NCBI RefSeq assembly: GCF_001194135.2
Contig: NC_068982.1
Location: 176,781,031 to 176,845,030, forward strand
Origin: Octopus bimaculoides
Taxonomy: Eukaryota
Length of the DNA stretch: 64,000 nt
Reading direction: 5' to 3'
How positions within the stretch are numbered: the first letter of the stretch is position 1; every line of letters begins with the position of its first letter. The notes under the pieces were generated by a model. That model was not told where the DNA came from and ran no database searches. It worked only from the letters and a program-made list of their open reading frames with translations. Of this stretch, positions 1 to 12,914 are shown piece by piece. A program made the position numbers and the translations under genes.

Positions 1-480
1 TATTTTAATTATAATTATTGAGTCATCTCAGGAAAATTATGGAAACCAACTCCCATCAACTTGAGATTTGAACTTAGAATGTGAAGGTAAGTAACAGCTT
101 CTAGACATTTTCCGAAACATTTGTGTTATATGAATTTCTTTATATTATCGTTTCTGTGCACGCTATGGTTAATAGCACACTAGTTGAGAAACATTGTGTT
201 ACATAGCAATCAACTATTCTTGGTTTTATTTACCTACAAATACTTCACAAAAGTTTTACGTGATTTTTATAATTGGATGTAGCATTTGTACATTTTCATA
301 GCTATCAGGATCATAAGTGAAGTGAAAATATATCTATAAGGTCGATCAAATAGGTTTCGATGCAATATAAATGTAGTTGATTCAGTTGTCTCTGCCGAAA
401 GTTGTATTAAAGTAAGGAATACCATTTAGCGTACAATACAGCGCCTTCAGCTGTGACCGCAGGAAGCAACAAGAGCAGCT

Positions 481-570
481 ACAACATCAACAACAACAAC
501 AACAACTACTACTAATAATAATAATAATAATAATGATAATAATAATAATAATAATAATAATGATAATAAT
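481..570. repeat. Compound trinucleotide microsatellite (ACA)n(ACT)n(AAT)n
   Basis: Read directly from the sequence. Confidence 0.95.
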
Positions 571-1080
571 GTAACTTGTGCTACTGCTGTATCCACCACC
601 ACTACCATTCTTACATGTATGAAATTCGAAGAATACCGATGTACTCTCTTCTGATAGGGAATAGTGAAATTCTAATTCGTTAAGTAACTGATTATTGAAT
701 TAATTTATATATTGCTAGTGCTTTGATAAAATACAAAACTCCAGTCATGATATATAGTATATACGAGTTAAACACACTTTTTGAAGTAAAATTTTAATTA
801 TAAGTGGCAGGAACACTTTTATTCCTTTGATTAACATTAATCAATTTACCGAGTATCACATACTGGTAAGATATATATACAATTGCCATGACTAAGAGAC
901 ATGTATGCCACAAACAATTCTAGTTGAATGCAGATATGGAGACATAAAGTCAGAAACAACTATATTGTACGGTTTTATTTCTGCTGTAAATGTAAAAGAA
1001 ATATACTGTGGGAATATAATATCTGATGGGAAACACACTTGCTTATTTATAATTTGAAAGAGTGTTGATTGTTATTTCAG

Positions 1081-1113
1081 GCTGTTTGCAGACCCCTATG
1101 TCATAAAAGCTTA
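1081..1113 (+). other. Candidate 33-nt exon (unassigned)
   Basis: Acceptor ttgttatttcag| and donor TTA|gtaagt; open frames read AVCRPLCHKSL or LFADPYVIKA. No homology recognised. Confidence 0.25.
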
Positions 1114-1289
1114 GTAAGTATACTGTGGATCACCTGAAAGAAGAGGATTAAAGAAATAACAAGTATTCTGTCACCTAAATGGTTATAATTAGATGTAATA
1201 CCGAGAAGTTCTATAAGTTACAAGATGTTACACATGGCAGTCATATTGAAACCATACGATATATTGGAAATGATTTATGTTGTGCGGGA

Positions 1290-1555
1290 AGGGTAGACTC
1301 CTCTCGTGTTGTCTTCTAAGATAAACCATCCGTTCTATCCGAAAGTGAGAGACAAGTGGGCCCAGTAACCAAGTAAGATTTCTTGGGTATTCTCCCACGA
1401 GACACTGTCCATTTATTTTTTATCTGGCATCGATTATGATAACTTTGCTTTCACCGAGGTTTACAAGATCTTCAGAGAACCCGTGCTAACTCTAGCAGTT
1501 CAAATCGCTGATATTTTTATCCCTACAAAATCTGCACCATTGTCAATAGCAAGAT
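1290..1555 (-). mobile_element. Decayed LTR-retrotransposon (gypsy-like) integrase fragment
   Basis: Minus-strand translation YLAIDNGADFVGIK resembles the integrase SDNGxxF motif; multiple stops follow. Confidence 0.4.
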
Positions 1556-1602
1556 ATGTATGTATGTATGTATGTATGTATGCCTGCATGTATGTATGTA
1601 TG

Positions 1603-1633
<31 letters not shown>

Positions 1634-1705
1634 GCATGCATGCGTGTGTGTGAGTATGCATGTACATATGCATGTGTGTACAAGTGTGTATGTATGTATG
1701 CATGT
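1555..1705. repeat. (TATG)n/(TG)n microsatellite
   Basis: Read directly; explains ORFs 1500-1715 and 1560-1742. Confidence 0.95.
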
Positions 1706-1999
1706 CGTCGTTCAATTATATTTCAGGATTTCTTGCCAATAGAGACAGAGCCGCTTTCTAACCTAGATCAAAGGCTCATTCATTGGAATTTCAACATGAA
1801 CAAACACAACTGAGCTTGACACTTATATACATATATGTGGTTTGGATATTGGCTGTTCCTTCTAGCGTGTCAGGAATCCTGTGACGGATACCTCTTATGT
1901 GTTTAAATGTACACTGTACTTATAACATATATATGCATATAGATGCGCATGGATATACATAAATGCATATAACTACATGTATTCATAAAAATCCCACAT

Positions 2000-3590
2000 A
2001 TATACATATACGTATCTGTGCAAACAGACGTATATAGAGCACAAACATTTCGGAACACTAAGAAGAGAATACATAGTTACTTAACTCTACAGATGTAGAG
2101 TTCATAATGTGCAGATGAAATGTGCAAAAACCTTGGTTATGCAACTAGTAAATAGTCACACAGAGGTGTTACTCTTTGTGTAACTATTTACTGGTTACAT
2201 ATTAAGTCGACTCTTTCATCAAGAAATAATTGGCAAAGGAATCTTGTATAGTAGCGCAGGAGACTTAGAGATTGAATTGAGAGAAAAGAGAGAAAAAGAG
2301 CCAAGAGTAGGGAAAGGGTGGATATAAGAGGCGTTGAAAGAGTGAACAGAGGTAGAAGTAATGTAAAGCATGGAGTGGGAGGAGGACTTCAATGACACAG
2401 GGGTGGTGTGAATAGAGCTAGAATAGCTAAAACGGAGAGAAGATAGAAGAAAGTAAAATCAAGGTTACTGTGGTGAAAGGATACGTCAATGTTGATCAGA
2501 AAGCTTAATAGGCAGACTTTTAATCAATTAGGGATGGTAGTTGGAAATGCAAAGAGACAGGAAGGGAAAAGTAATTAACTAAAGGAATTCAGGTGTGGTA
2601 GCAGAAGAAGAAGGTATGCTGAAATAGGGAGAAAGCTGCAAGGAGAGAATAGAAAGAAAATGTTGCAAACCTATCTAAGTAATAAGTAACGGTTTAGCCA
2701 TAAATAAGAGAAACCATAACGACTTTACGTAATGGGCAAAGATGGAATAAAATTTGTGCTTACACGAGAAGGTTACACCAAAGAACCGATCGAGTAACTC
2801 GGTGTTATCATGACGAAGGTCAGGAATGTTTCTCTGCAACACAACTTACAAACACGATGGTTAGTATTACAGGCGGAAGCCTCAAAAGCTCGGGACCAGA
2901 GTAAGGTATAGGAACTATTGTGGGACTTAAGGGTTGTGTATGTAACTAAGGAGGAAGAGAATCTAGAGGTGTTCTTTGATAATGAATTCATGTGATCCCG
3001 GTAGTGGCGCTTGAAATCAACAGTTCCGGCAATTTAGACTCTAGCCTGATGGATCTGGTGGTTATTTTCGACCTATATATGTGTGACAATGTGGCGTAAA
3101 ACGAGCATCTAACACACACAGTTGGAAGGTCCAGCAAACTCAGGTTTTTCCACTAGAGGTGGGCTTAGGATCAATACCTATTCTGATCCGATTCATATGA
3201 TCCATTATCCTCCAAGTAGGACTGGTGTTACCGTTACCAGTATGGGGCCGGAGAGGGCATCACCACTGCTACATGTGGTAAAGTAGCTGATAATAGGGGA
3301 TATAGTAGCAGGGTTGCTATTATACAAAAGGATAAGATTCCTGCGGCTCATAGTATTAGTATCTGGCGGGTGAGGATGACATCCAGGTGGATAGTTTGTT
3401 GTTCCCACAAAAAGGAGCCGTAGTTTTCGCTCTTGGAAGAGGCAATTACAGATCCCAAGTTTGGTGTTGTAGAGAATAGGATTTTAATCGAAGCTTCCTA
3501 GAAGATGGGGTGGTATTTAAGGTGAGCTTATGATATTGAAAAAATAATTAGGGTAAAGATTAAAACTGATAACAAATGAAAGCTCTAGCC
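2000..3590 (-). mobile_element. Decayed Penelope-like element: GIY-YIG endonuclease end plus pyrimidine-rich 3'/pLTR region
   Basis: Minus strand gives PHCHTYIGR (GIY-YIG-like YIG motif) near 3070-3100 and the linker RNLILLYNSNP in ORF 3205-3408; stops and frameshifts; downstream polypyrimidine tract. Confidence 0.65.
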
Positions 3591-4574
3591 TGCTGTAAAA
3601 ATATACTTTGCACTCTTACTCAGATGAAGCCACTAAAATGAAAACATATTACCAAAAGTACTTCGTGACATCGCAATGTGCGTATTGTTACCTACTTAGT
3701 TTGACAGCATCACTAGCAATATATTAATATTTGTGTTGCCAATTGATAGTGTTAAGTTGCAAGCCACGATTTTCCAGAGATGGCATTATGAGACCAAAGT
3801 CTGGTCGTGTTTACTGTAGCAATTTAAGGGAAAGAGTTTTAAAATACGTATTGGGTTTATCGCTATCATTTAAATGTACGAATCGTATTTGTATTTGCTG
3901 TCAGCTACTATCCTGGGGTCATAGTATTTGATAAGAGCCACAAGGGTTAACCCCACCCACTACTCACTGCACGCACACGCACTCAAACACACACACATAA
4001 ATATGCAGCCGACACTTCTGAGACCCTACTTTTTTCTGTTTATAGATTTTTCTTGTAATTATGCTTATAGTCTAAGTGATAAAAGTGTGTATGACAACGT
4101 AAGCTGATACAACTCGCAAAAATGCTTAAGCTAATTTATACTCCTTTCTCAAACAGAAAACGTTTTCTATGCTATTTCTGAACCATGTTGACAAAATCGA
4201 TAAGCTCACACGCAATGATTATATATGATATTGAAGTGTATAACCCTTTAGATATTCAAGGTGTTGGGAACGTGGTACAATGATGAGTTGAACTAAGCCA
4301 ATTAGATTACTTTGATCTTCTGTAAGAAGAGCATTAAAGCTAGAAATCTTAGCATCTGATTGCTGTAAGTTGTGGTTATTTTCATAAGATACACTTTAAA
4401 TAGAATACAAGCTTTATCTTTCTATTTAGTCTGAGAAAATGTCGAAGAACATGTTCCCCGGCGAATATTTTTCAACTGAAAGAACTTAATGTTTTATGTT
4501 AATTTGCAATGATGTTAGTTAAGTTCCATAAATCCTTTTATCAATTTCCTTTGTGTTTTAATATATTGATTTCA

Positions 4575-4777
4575 AATATGGGCTCAAGGCCAGCAAGTTC
4601 AGGTAAAAGGTTATGTCGATGTAATCGTCTCTAGTTTTCAACTAGCACTTATTTCGTCGACTTTGAATGGATGAAAATCAAAGTCGACCACAGTGGAACT
4701 TGAACTGTGGCCTATAGGACGGACAAAATCCCGTGAAGCGTTCTGCCCACCGTGCTACCGATTCAGCCAACTCGCTG
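4575..4777 (-). mobile_element. Degenerate tRNA-derived SINE (family B, Meta-domain-like)
   Basis: Similar to the better-preserved copy at 6586-6800 (gtcgatgtaatcg...gtcgac...gaac). Confidence 0.6.
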
Positions 4778-5324
4778 TCTATTTATGTTTTGATACATAT
4801 ACTTATATATGATACACTGATCTAAATTTCAACATTATTTACAACGTATATAATGTAACACCTGTATCGGTGTAAACCTAAATGTGAGATACATTGCCGC
4901 AGTATTATCTCAGCCCTGCCTACTTCTGCAAGAGTAAATTAAAGTGAAATATTTATAATTGTCAAATATTTAAACCATCCTAATCTCGTATTATGTTAAT
5001 TTAGAGACAAGGTTTAATAATGATGAGATAAGTTGCATAAGTCATTTTCTTGGGGTAATTTCAATGATATTCATTTTAACTATCAATTCAAATCAAAAAT
5101 CATAAACGCTTTCCAATATTGAGATAATTTACTGGGTTAATTGTTTAATGCTTGGAATATTCTACTATGTTACCGACTTCTTTTGTTTAATCTCGAAAGT
5201 AATTTTACGGAAAAATAATATTTTGCAAATGTTACAACACGACATCTATAATATTGTCTATAATTTAACGGACAGGTGAGATAAATAGTACATATTTCTT
5301 TTTAAACGCGAATCATTAATTTTA

Positions 5325-6228
5325 CGAGGTGGTGTCTAAAACTTCCAGGAGTAGTTATGTTTAATAAAAAATAACTTATTGATCTAAGTTTTAACATCAT
5401 CTACTTCAAAATAGCCACCTTGCGCAGCAATACACCGGTCCCAGCGTCCCTGCCACTTTTGGAAGCCGACCTGGAAGTTATTTTCTGTAAGCGAATCGAA
5501 CACCTTCTGTGATTCGCTCTAGATCACCTCGAAAACGGTGCTAAAACGGTAATCTTTGACTTCCATTTTCATCTTGGGGAGGAGATGTAAGTTCGCTAAA
5601 TCTGGCGAACAGGGTGAGTGCGGAAACGATACGATGTTGTTTTTGGCGAGAAACCTACGAGTGGGAAGAGCTCGCTGACAATGGACGTTGTCAACGTGAA
5701 GAATCCAATTCTTCGCACCGCACAGAACCGGTCGCTTTCGACAAATGTCCTCTCTCAAAAGTCTCAATACTTCGCACTAGAACTCTCGGTTGAAGATCTG
5801 GCCCCGAGGAACAAATTCTCGATGCACAATACCGCAAATAACGAAAAAAAAACGAGGAGTATAATCTTAATAGATCTACAGCTTTGTCGTGTGCCCGTAC
5901 CACTCGAAACATTGCGTCTGACCCATTGCTTCCTCACCATAAGGTTGCTGAGTATGGTCAGTGTCTCTGTAGCAAACTTACCAAGTTTAACATAAAATTT
6001 TCTGCAGGCGCTTTGTTCTAACTTCTTGTCCATGACAAAGAATCGTATACTACAGCATACACATGATCACAAAAACACAAATTTCACGACTTGCGTAGTA
6101 AACACAGCAATGTCACTCGGCACATTACCTCATGGAAGCCAATGCTATCTGTCATTGCGAACGCAACCATGTGCTGTCATCTGTTGGCGCGCTACAGAAC
6201 CTGTCTGGGACATTTATGATACATCTCG
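5325..6228 (-). mobile_element. Mariner (Tc1/mariner) transposon, internally deleted and frameshifted
   Basis: TA-flanked degenerate TIRs (TA|CGAGGTGGTGTCTAAAAC ... TTTATGATACATCTCG|TA); N-terminus EQSACRKFYVKLGKFATET (5764-6033) and C-terminus WILHVDN...PHSPCSPDLA (5519-5767), matching the mariner DNA and YSPDLAP motifs. Confidence 0.93.
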
Positions 6229-6399
6229 TATTTTGAAACAGATAATGCAACGAATATATTTTTCTAAGGATCATGTCTACTATAGACACCGGGCATGAAA
6301 TTTGGGGAGGTTTTATTTCTGGAACAGTAATGATTCTGCATGTACGCAGCCTTTATGATTATTACAATATTCATTTTCAAATTTTGACCATGGACCGAG

Positions 6400-6798
6400 A
6401 ATTTCGAGATAGGGGGAAGTCGATCACATCAATCCCATCGCTTAACTACTACTTTTTTTATCGACACTAAAACGATAAAAGGCACAGAGTACCTTGGCGG
6501 CATTTGAACTCACCACAAAAAGACGGGCAAAACATCACTAAGCATTTTAGCATTTTTTCCAGCTCGTCGGCTTATATTTTGTAATAATCCTTTCCAATGT
6601 AGGCACAAGGCCCGATATTTTAGAAGAGGGGGTAGTCGATTACATCGACCCCAGTACTTGACTGGTACTTATTTTATCGAACACTGAAGGATGAGAGGTA
6701 AAGTCAACCTTGGCGGAATTTGAACTCAGAACGTGAAGACGGACGAAATGCCGCGAAGCATTTTGCTCGACGTGTTAATGATTCTCGCAGTTTCCACC

Positions 6799-6800
<2 letters not shown>
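6400..6800 (-). mobile_element. Two tandem family-B SINE copies (6400-6570 degenerate; 6586-6800)
   Basis: Minus strand shows a tRNA-like head with B-box-like gagttcaaattcc and the core gcctttcatcc...gtcgataaaataagtaccag. Confidence 0.8.
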
Positions 6801-6874
<74 letters not shown>

Positions 6875-6895
6875 TGATGATGATGTTGATGTTGA
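6801..6895. repeat. (AAT)n then (GAT)n microsatellite
   Basis: Read directly. Confidence 0.97.
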
Positions 6896-7372
6896 TACAC
6901 ACAATAAACATGTAATTTAGGATCACACATGTAGGAAGTGGGAATGGTTAGTTGATTAAATCGACGCCAGTTCTTGATAGGTATATATTTTATCAACCCT
7001 GTGAAGATGATAGTAAAACTTAAGCTTTGTTGGATTTGGCCACAAGGGGTATAGTTTATGAACGAATGTAGCAGCCAATGTCTTTCCGATCAATTAACGA
7101 TTTGCTAGCCTACCATACCTGTCATAATATGTATGATGTTCCTCTTTTTTGTAGTTTTACATTTCATTAGATAGATAACATGTGTTATCGATTGACTAAT
7201 ACTTAGTATTTACAAACACTTAATACAATTAATGAAAGTAACACCAGTGTCAATTAGGTGTGAACTTAGTATCGAGTGAGACTGAAATTTATCACTACAG
7301 AACATTTACTACAGCGCATTTTACACCTTACATAACAAATATACACAAGCTTTCTCGTAATTACCTGGCATG

Positions 7373-7422
<50 letters not shown>

Positions 7423-7454
7423 TACATATATATTTATATACGTTCTTTTTCTTT

Positions 7455-7559
7455 TACTTGTTTCAGTCATTTGAATGTGGCCATGGTGGAGCACCGCATT
7501 TAGTCGAACAAATCGAGGCCTGGGCGTATTTTTTGTAAACCTAATACTCAATCCATCGG
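7455..7559 (+). mobile_element. Dispersed repeat family C (tttacttgtttcagtcatttgactg...), truncated by gap; other copies near 51820-51855 and 56686-56790
   Basis: Copies at 7455 and 56686 align with each other. Confidence 0.75.
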
Positions 7560-8011
7560 NNNNNNNNNNNNNNNNNNNNNNNNNNNNNNNNNNNNNNNNN
7601 NNNNNNNNNNNNNNNNNNNNNNNNNNNNNNNNNNNNNNNNNNNNNNNNNNNNNNNNNNNNNNNNNNNNNNNNNNNNNNNNNNNNNNNNNNNNNNNNNNNN
7701 NNNNNNNNNNNNNNNNNNNNNNNNNNNNNNNNNNNNNNNNNNNNNNNNNNNNNNNNNNNNNNNNNNNNNNNNNNNNNNNNNNNNNNNNNNNNNNNNNNNN
7801 NNNNNNNNNNNNNNNNNNNNNNNNNNNNNNNNNNNNNNNNNNNNNNNNNNNNNNNNNNNNNNNNNNNNNNNNNNNNNNNNNNNNNNNNNNNNNNNNNNNN
7901 NNNNNNNNNNNNNNNNNNNNNNNNNNNNNNNNNNNNNNNNNNNNNNNNNNNNNNNNNNNNNNNNNNNNNNNNNNNNNNNNNNNNNNNNNNNNNNNNNNNN
8001 NNNNNNNNNNN
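7560..8011. other. Assembly gap. Other gaps: 26013-26022, 31225-31591, 33447-33930, 34425-34496, 37724-37950, 43218-43832, 46650-47224, 50980-51325, 54176-54854, 57707-58060, 62574-62616
   Basis: Runs of N, mostly bordered by (TA)n or (CA)n. Confidence 1.
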
Positions 8012-8074
8012 ACAAAATAAATTAGCTACTGTTGTTAAGAAATTTACATTCTTATAGTTAATCACACACATACT

Positions 8075-8121
<47 letters not shown>

Positions 8122-8810
8122 TCAGTAATAGTACACACACTCACAAATTTCCACGAAGATACATAATCAGATGCATATACAAATTTGCAAATATTCAACG
8201 ACAAAACAACAGAAATTGTTTAGTATAAATGGAAGCATAGAATTATAATGATTTAATACAAAATTTCTCAAGAGCAACCACAAGAAAAATAGACCACTAG
8301 AATAAATCAATAAAATCTTATGTCCTCGCAATTAGCATATCTATTGCTTCATTATACATGAGAAATAATATATACATGTATACATGAGAAATAATATTGG
8401 AGTTACATACCAGAAATTAAATTAAAGATGCACACGAACGTAACATAATCACATTTATTTATAAATACATGTAAAAGTAAAATTACTTAAGAAATCCAAG
8501 AAACTCAAAAATCTTCACTTTCATGGTTTTAAGTAAAGGGGAGATAATCTCTTTATCCAAACTAAGATACTAACCTTTCAAAACGATCTACTGTATATAC
8601 TGCTCCCACGGGTTATATCGCCATAGCAAAACTGTTAAAATAGCAGCGGATTTGAGTTCATAACCTAATAGGAAGCTATCCACTAAAACAAGTTTTATAT
8701 ATTGATACATACATTTATGAGTACCAACTGAGCATTGTGGTCGATGTAATCGACTTACCTACTCCCCCGAACTTACGGCCCTTGTGTCAAAATTTGAAGT
8801 CAATTTGTGT

Positions 8811-8863
<53 letters not shown>

Positions 8864-10579
8864 AGCAAAATGGAGAATATCTTAGTCGAATGATCGACAC
8901 GTCCGCAAATGTTTAGACAATAGTAATTATCTACAGATTTATAATAAACGCCAAGTCCATTTCATTTGAGTATTCCACCAATGTAAGCAGCACTGACAAT
9001 GAAGAATTTGGCTGATTTGCTGTGACGTCATACTGAGATTAATTCCACTCTAATGCTTTAGTTCTCCTATAAAAATCACTGAACAACAAATGTACCATTT
9101 TCATCTTCAAACCTTTATACATTCAAACATTTTTTTTCAAACTTCTTTTGCAAGGACTTTTCCTGTCATCCGGATAATCCCCTTCAATTCAAGTTCTCAA
9201 TCTGAATCTCTACTTTTGCAGGATTGTGTTTTGTAGGTTCCTTAACTCTTCCTGCCATTTCATTCTTTTTATTGTTTTCCTTCTTTTATTTCTGCATAAC
9301 TTTCATATCGGATGGACCATCTAGAATAACTGATGCCGTATGAGAGAATTTTGTATTAAAACTTATTTTCAACTCTGAAGTACCTCAGTTGTATTTGTTT
9401 GCATATTACTGTCTTCAGCTTCCGCTACATTTTATGATTTTATTCTCGAACCTTCGATTTTTCATACCGACGCAAATGGTTTCTATGGACTTCGTGGCAC
9501 ATCTGTCAACATTCGCAGATTCTTCGTTTGAGAGAAAAATCTATTTTGCACACATATAAATATCACCAGAAATTATTGCTCTTCTTAGTGGCTGTTGTAC
9601 AGTCATTATGAAAATTCTTTTCTAATTCCCTTTAATTTCATCCCCTTCGTTTCATCTACTTCTCTAACATCCGTTATAGCAAAAAAGTTATGCACCCTAA
9701 TTTTTTGCAGATTTTCTTCATATCATGCTTTTTTTAAAAATAATTATGTTCTATTTCTATGCATTCAACATTGCTCCCTCTACTTACTCTCGCAAACTTC
9801 TCTTCATTTTTTCAAAATACAATTCTCTACTTCAATAATTACCAAGTTTACGGAAATTCGTACCTGGACTAGTCTTGCAGGTCCCTCTTTTCCTGATAGT
9901 TGTAATATTCGCACGACAGTAACAACTTTTATCTATTTTTCTCAGTTCATTTTCTGACGACACATCAAAAGTTACAGAATTGGTATTGACCAATTATCGA
10001 TCGTTTTGATGATATTACATCCATATAGTTCATTTTAGTTTCAGATCATCTTCCTGCGCCTCCTCTTATATCATGTTTTTCTCTTCTATTTCCTTCACAA
10101 GGAAATAATATAATTTTCGAATGTTATGAATAACCATTTGCGAATTTACAAAGCATTTGCAATAACAATTTATTGTAGCAAAACACGGTGTAAATCAAAA
10201 TTATTTCCGTCGTAAACTAAGTCCAGTTTTAGTTTTAAGCACTGCTCACATTCAGCAGCGGAACTAATTTTCCGGAGGAAATCATTTTGATTTCAGTTCA
10301 GTTAAACAACTCAGCCAGTGCATGTTTTGCAAACTCAGGACTTCGTGCTATAAAACTAGTCACAAACGGCAGCAGAACAGCACAGAAAAGACAACAAATG
10401 AACTCTGAACATAAATGCTATGTAAATTAAACAACTTCCTATTCACGAAAAGCAATATTGCAGGAGCAACAGGAGTAAATAGGTGCTGATATAAGTGCAA
10501 TGGGAATTCAATAGAAAACAAACATTAGTAGTAATAACTGGAAGTGCTATCATGTACATGTTTTAAAGGATTATTCTTA

Positions 10580-11020
10580 ATAATCCTTTCTGCTGCAGGC
10601 ACAAGGCCTCAAATTTTCGATGGAGGGGTTTTGTCGATTACACCGACCCCAGTGTTTCACTGGTTCTTAAATCGACCTTGAAAGAATGAAAGGCAAAGTC
10701 GACATCGGCGGAATATGAACTCTGAACATGCAGACAGAGGAAATGTCGCTAAATATTCTGCCAGCGTGCTAATTATTCTACCAGTCACCGCCTTAATAAT
10801 AATAATAATAATAATTTCTGCTATAAGCAGAAGGCCTGAAATTTTGTGAGGAGGTATAATCGATTACACCGACCCCAGTACTAAAATGGTACTTAATTTA
10901 TCAGTTGAAAGGATGAAAGGCGAAGTCAACCTCGGCGGAATTTGAACTCGAACGTAAAGACAGACGAAATACCGCTAAGCATTTTGCACGATCTGCTAAC
11001 GATTCTGCCACCTCACCGAA
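10580..11020 (-). mobile_element. Two tandem family-B SINE copies separated by (AAT)n; a further partial copy at 11275-11370
   Basis: Same core as 6586-6800. Confidence 0.85.
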
Positions 11021-11029
11021 TATTAATAA

Positions 11030-11270
11030 GTGCCCTGATGCAGCACCAGCCACTGGCTCTCATGGCTTCTGATCTTAACTGATTGGAAGTGCTATCATGT
11101 ACATGTTTTGTTTTGGTATAAAAGATGGGCTACAGTAAATATTCTACTCAGAACCACACATTCGCTTGTCTGTTGTTTGACCTGAATCGGTTGAGTATGC
11201 CCCTTCCTGGCTGACGATATGTGCATTGCTGACTAGGAGCAAAAGTAGTGGGGGAATCATCGTAGAGAGC
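11030..11270 (+). mobile_element. 5' part of the ~550-bp dispersed repeat family A
   Basis: gtgccctgatgcagcaccagccactggctctcatggcttctgatcttaactg matches the copy at 27256-27801. Confidence 0.85.
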
Positions 11271-11559
11271 ATCCTGAATGGATGAAATGCAAAGTCGGCC
11301 TCGGCGGAATTTGAACTCAGAACGTAGCAACAGGTGAAATACCACTAAGCATTACGCCCAGCGTGCTAATAATAATATCTCCAATAATGTCATTCTAAAG
11401 GTATAGTCTATTGGTATTACTTTATTCCTTTAAGGTGTCGAGAGTTACGATTTGTGAGCAGCTTTCTAGTTCTTCTAACCAGGTAACACCGTTAGTACTA
11501 CGATATTTGGATTGAAAAAATATGTTGTGCGAGGTAAAGAAAGAATACTATCAGCAACT

Positions 11560-12000
11560 TGTGGCCCAAAAATTAACTGAAAGAGTAGGTACATTAAAGA
11601 AGAAAAGGAAGAACAACATAGCGAGCAGATGGGAAGAGGTAAATTACATGGACAATTAATGCCACAAACCGAGAATATTAGAAAGAACGCTCACTGTCGC
11701 TAGCAAAGAGACTAAACATAGATGCTCAAGAAACAAGTCTTCAGGACGAATTTGTTAAAGGCAAGGGTCAACAAAACTCAGTATGAAAAAGAATATAAAT
11801 GCAGGAATGACTGTGTAATTAAAAGATTATACTGGGATGTTATGTGAGTGTGTTACTTCGAAATAACAGGAAAGCAATATGAACACGAAAGAGAGGTTGT
11901 GACAGAGAATGAGAACTACAGGATCTTATAGAACTTATTCACAAACACTGGTCATAGAATTGAAGCAACGAGGCCTGTTCCAACGAAGTCGCATATTGGC
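11560..12000 (+). mobile_element. Decayed R4/Dong-type (RLE) LINE fragment
   Basis: Translates to KLHGQL... and YEHEREVVTENEN...IL...IEATRP, similar to the RLE-domain copies at 38745 and 53742. Confidence 0.6.
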
Positions 12001-12310
12001 CTTGTCTTCGGAACGCCGAGTAGATGGCACACGGACAACCGATGAAGAGAAATATACTTTATGTTGCATGTTTCGTTTTTCTGTTTGTTTGTTTTTTTTT
12101 TCGTTGTTCGAAAACAGTTCGTTTTCTGTTTTCGTCCTTATGTTTTCGATTCTCATTGTGTTTAAGGTTTTTTTTGTGATTTCCTGTACCCATATATGCA
12201 TGTATGTATACATATAGATGTAGGCATGTACATATATGTATGGATATATGCATATATTTATATATTATTTATATTATTATATGATCAAAAGCCACGCATC
12301 CGTTTCCAAG

Positions 12311-12343
<33 letters not shown>

Positions 12344-12823
12344 AGTAATGTCTATATGCCAACAGAATGTGGCAGTCCTATTAAGGACGGTGTTACTGTT
12401 GTTATAGTCCCAGGAAAACATCTTTTCCAGCTGGCTATCGACACAGTTTATGTTCGTATACCATTTGCAAGGGAGGTCATCGCTCCCATCTCTAGCCTTG
12501 CTTGATACTCACAAACCCCACCCCATATATATATATATAGTAAAATAAGCATTCAGATAGAATCAGGTACTTGAAAAGATATGCACCAGGTAGAGTTGGA
12601 TAAACCTGTCGTTCCGGCGTATGTTTGGTATGTATCAAATAGGGTATTCTGGTTGTGTATACAGAGAAAATAAACCCTATGAGTGTGTAGCGCCTAGGAG
12701 CTTGTCCAAATCACGCGTTACTTTGAAGAGTACGTTGTTGGTATACTCTAGGGTGTTCGAGAAGTCTCAAATCCTCTTGGTGCATTATAATCAAATGAAT
12801 AATAACATACGATGGATAATTGT

Positions 12824-12914
12824 CATCTTATTACAGCTGTTTCTTACGTATCTTTTTGATAGAAGAATGAGAACATTACTCCATTACAAAAAAGTGTAAT
12901 CATCAGATGAAACG
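12824..12914 (-). ncRNA. Degenerate minimal type I hammerhead-ribozyme-like motif (PLE-associated)
   Basis: Minus strand CTGATGA-TTAC...GTAA-GAAAC-AGCT-GTA with a partial stem I (cgtttcat/ataagatg). Confidence 0.55.

Noticed and set aside
32-93. Apparent exon with strong donor AAG|gtaagt
   Set aside because: All three frames contain stops, and the sequence resembles a decayed family-B SINE (atttgaacttagaatgtgaag).
6704-6996. Poly-N/I/L/Y ORFs, and similar ones at 24535-25056, 27053-27454, 27697-28065 and 29315-29624
   Set aside because: These are translations of trinucleotide microsatellites.
7475-8140. Long ORFs full of X (also 30928-31662, 33052-34051, 37553-38140, 43082-44023, 46419-47373, 50550-51437, 54016-54937, 57561-58216)
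   Set aside because: They are open only because N runs contain no stop codons.
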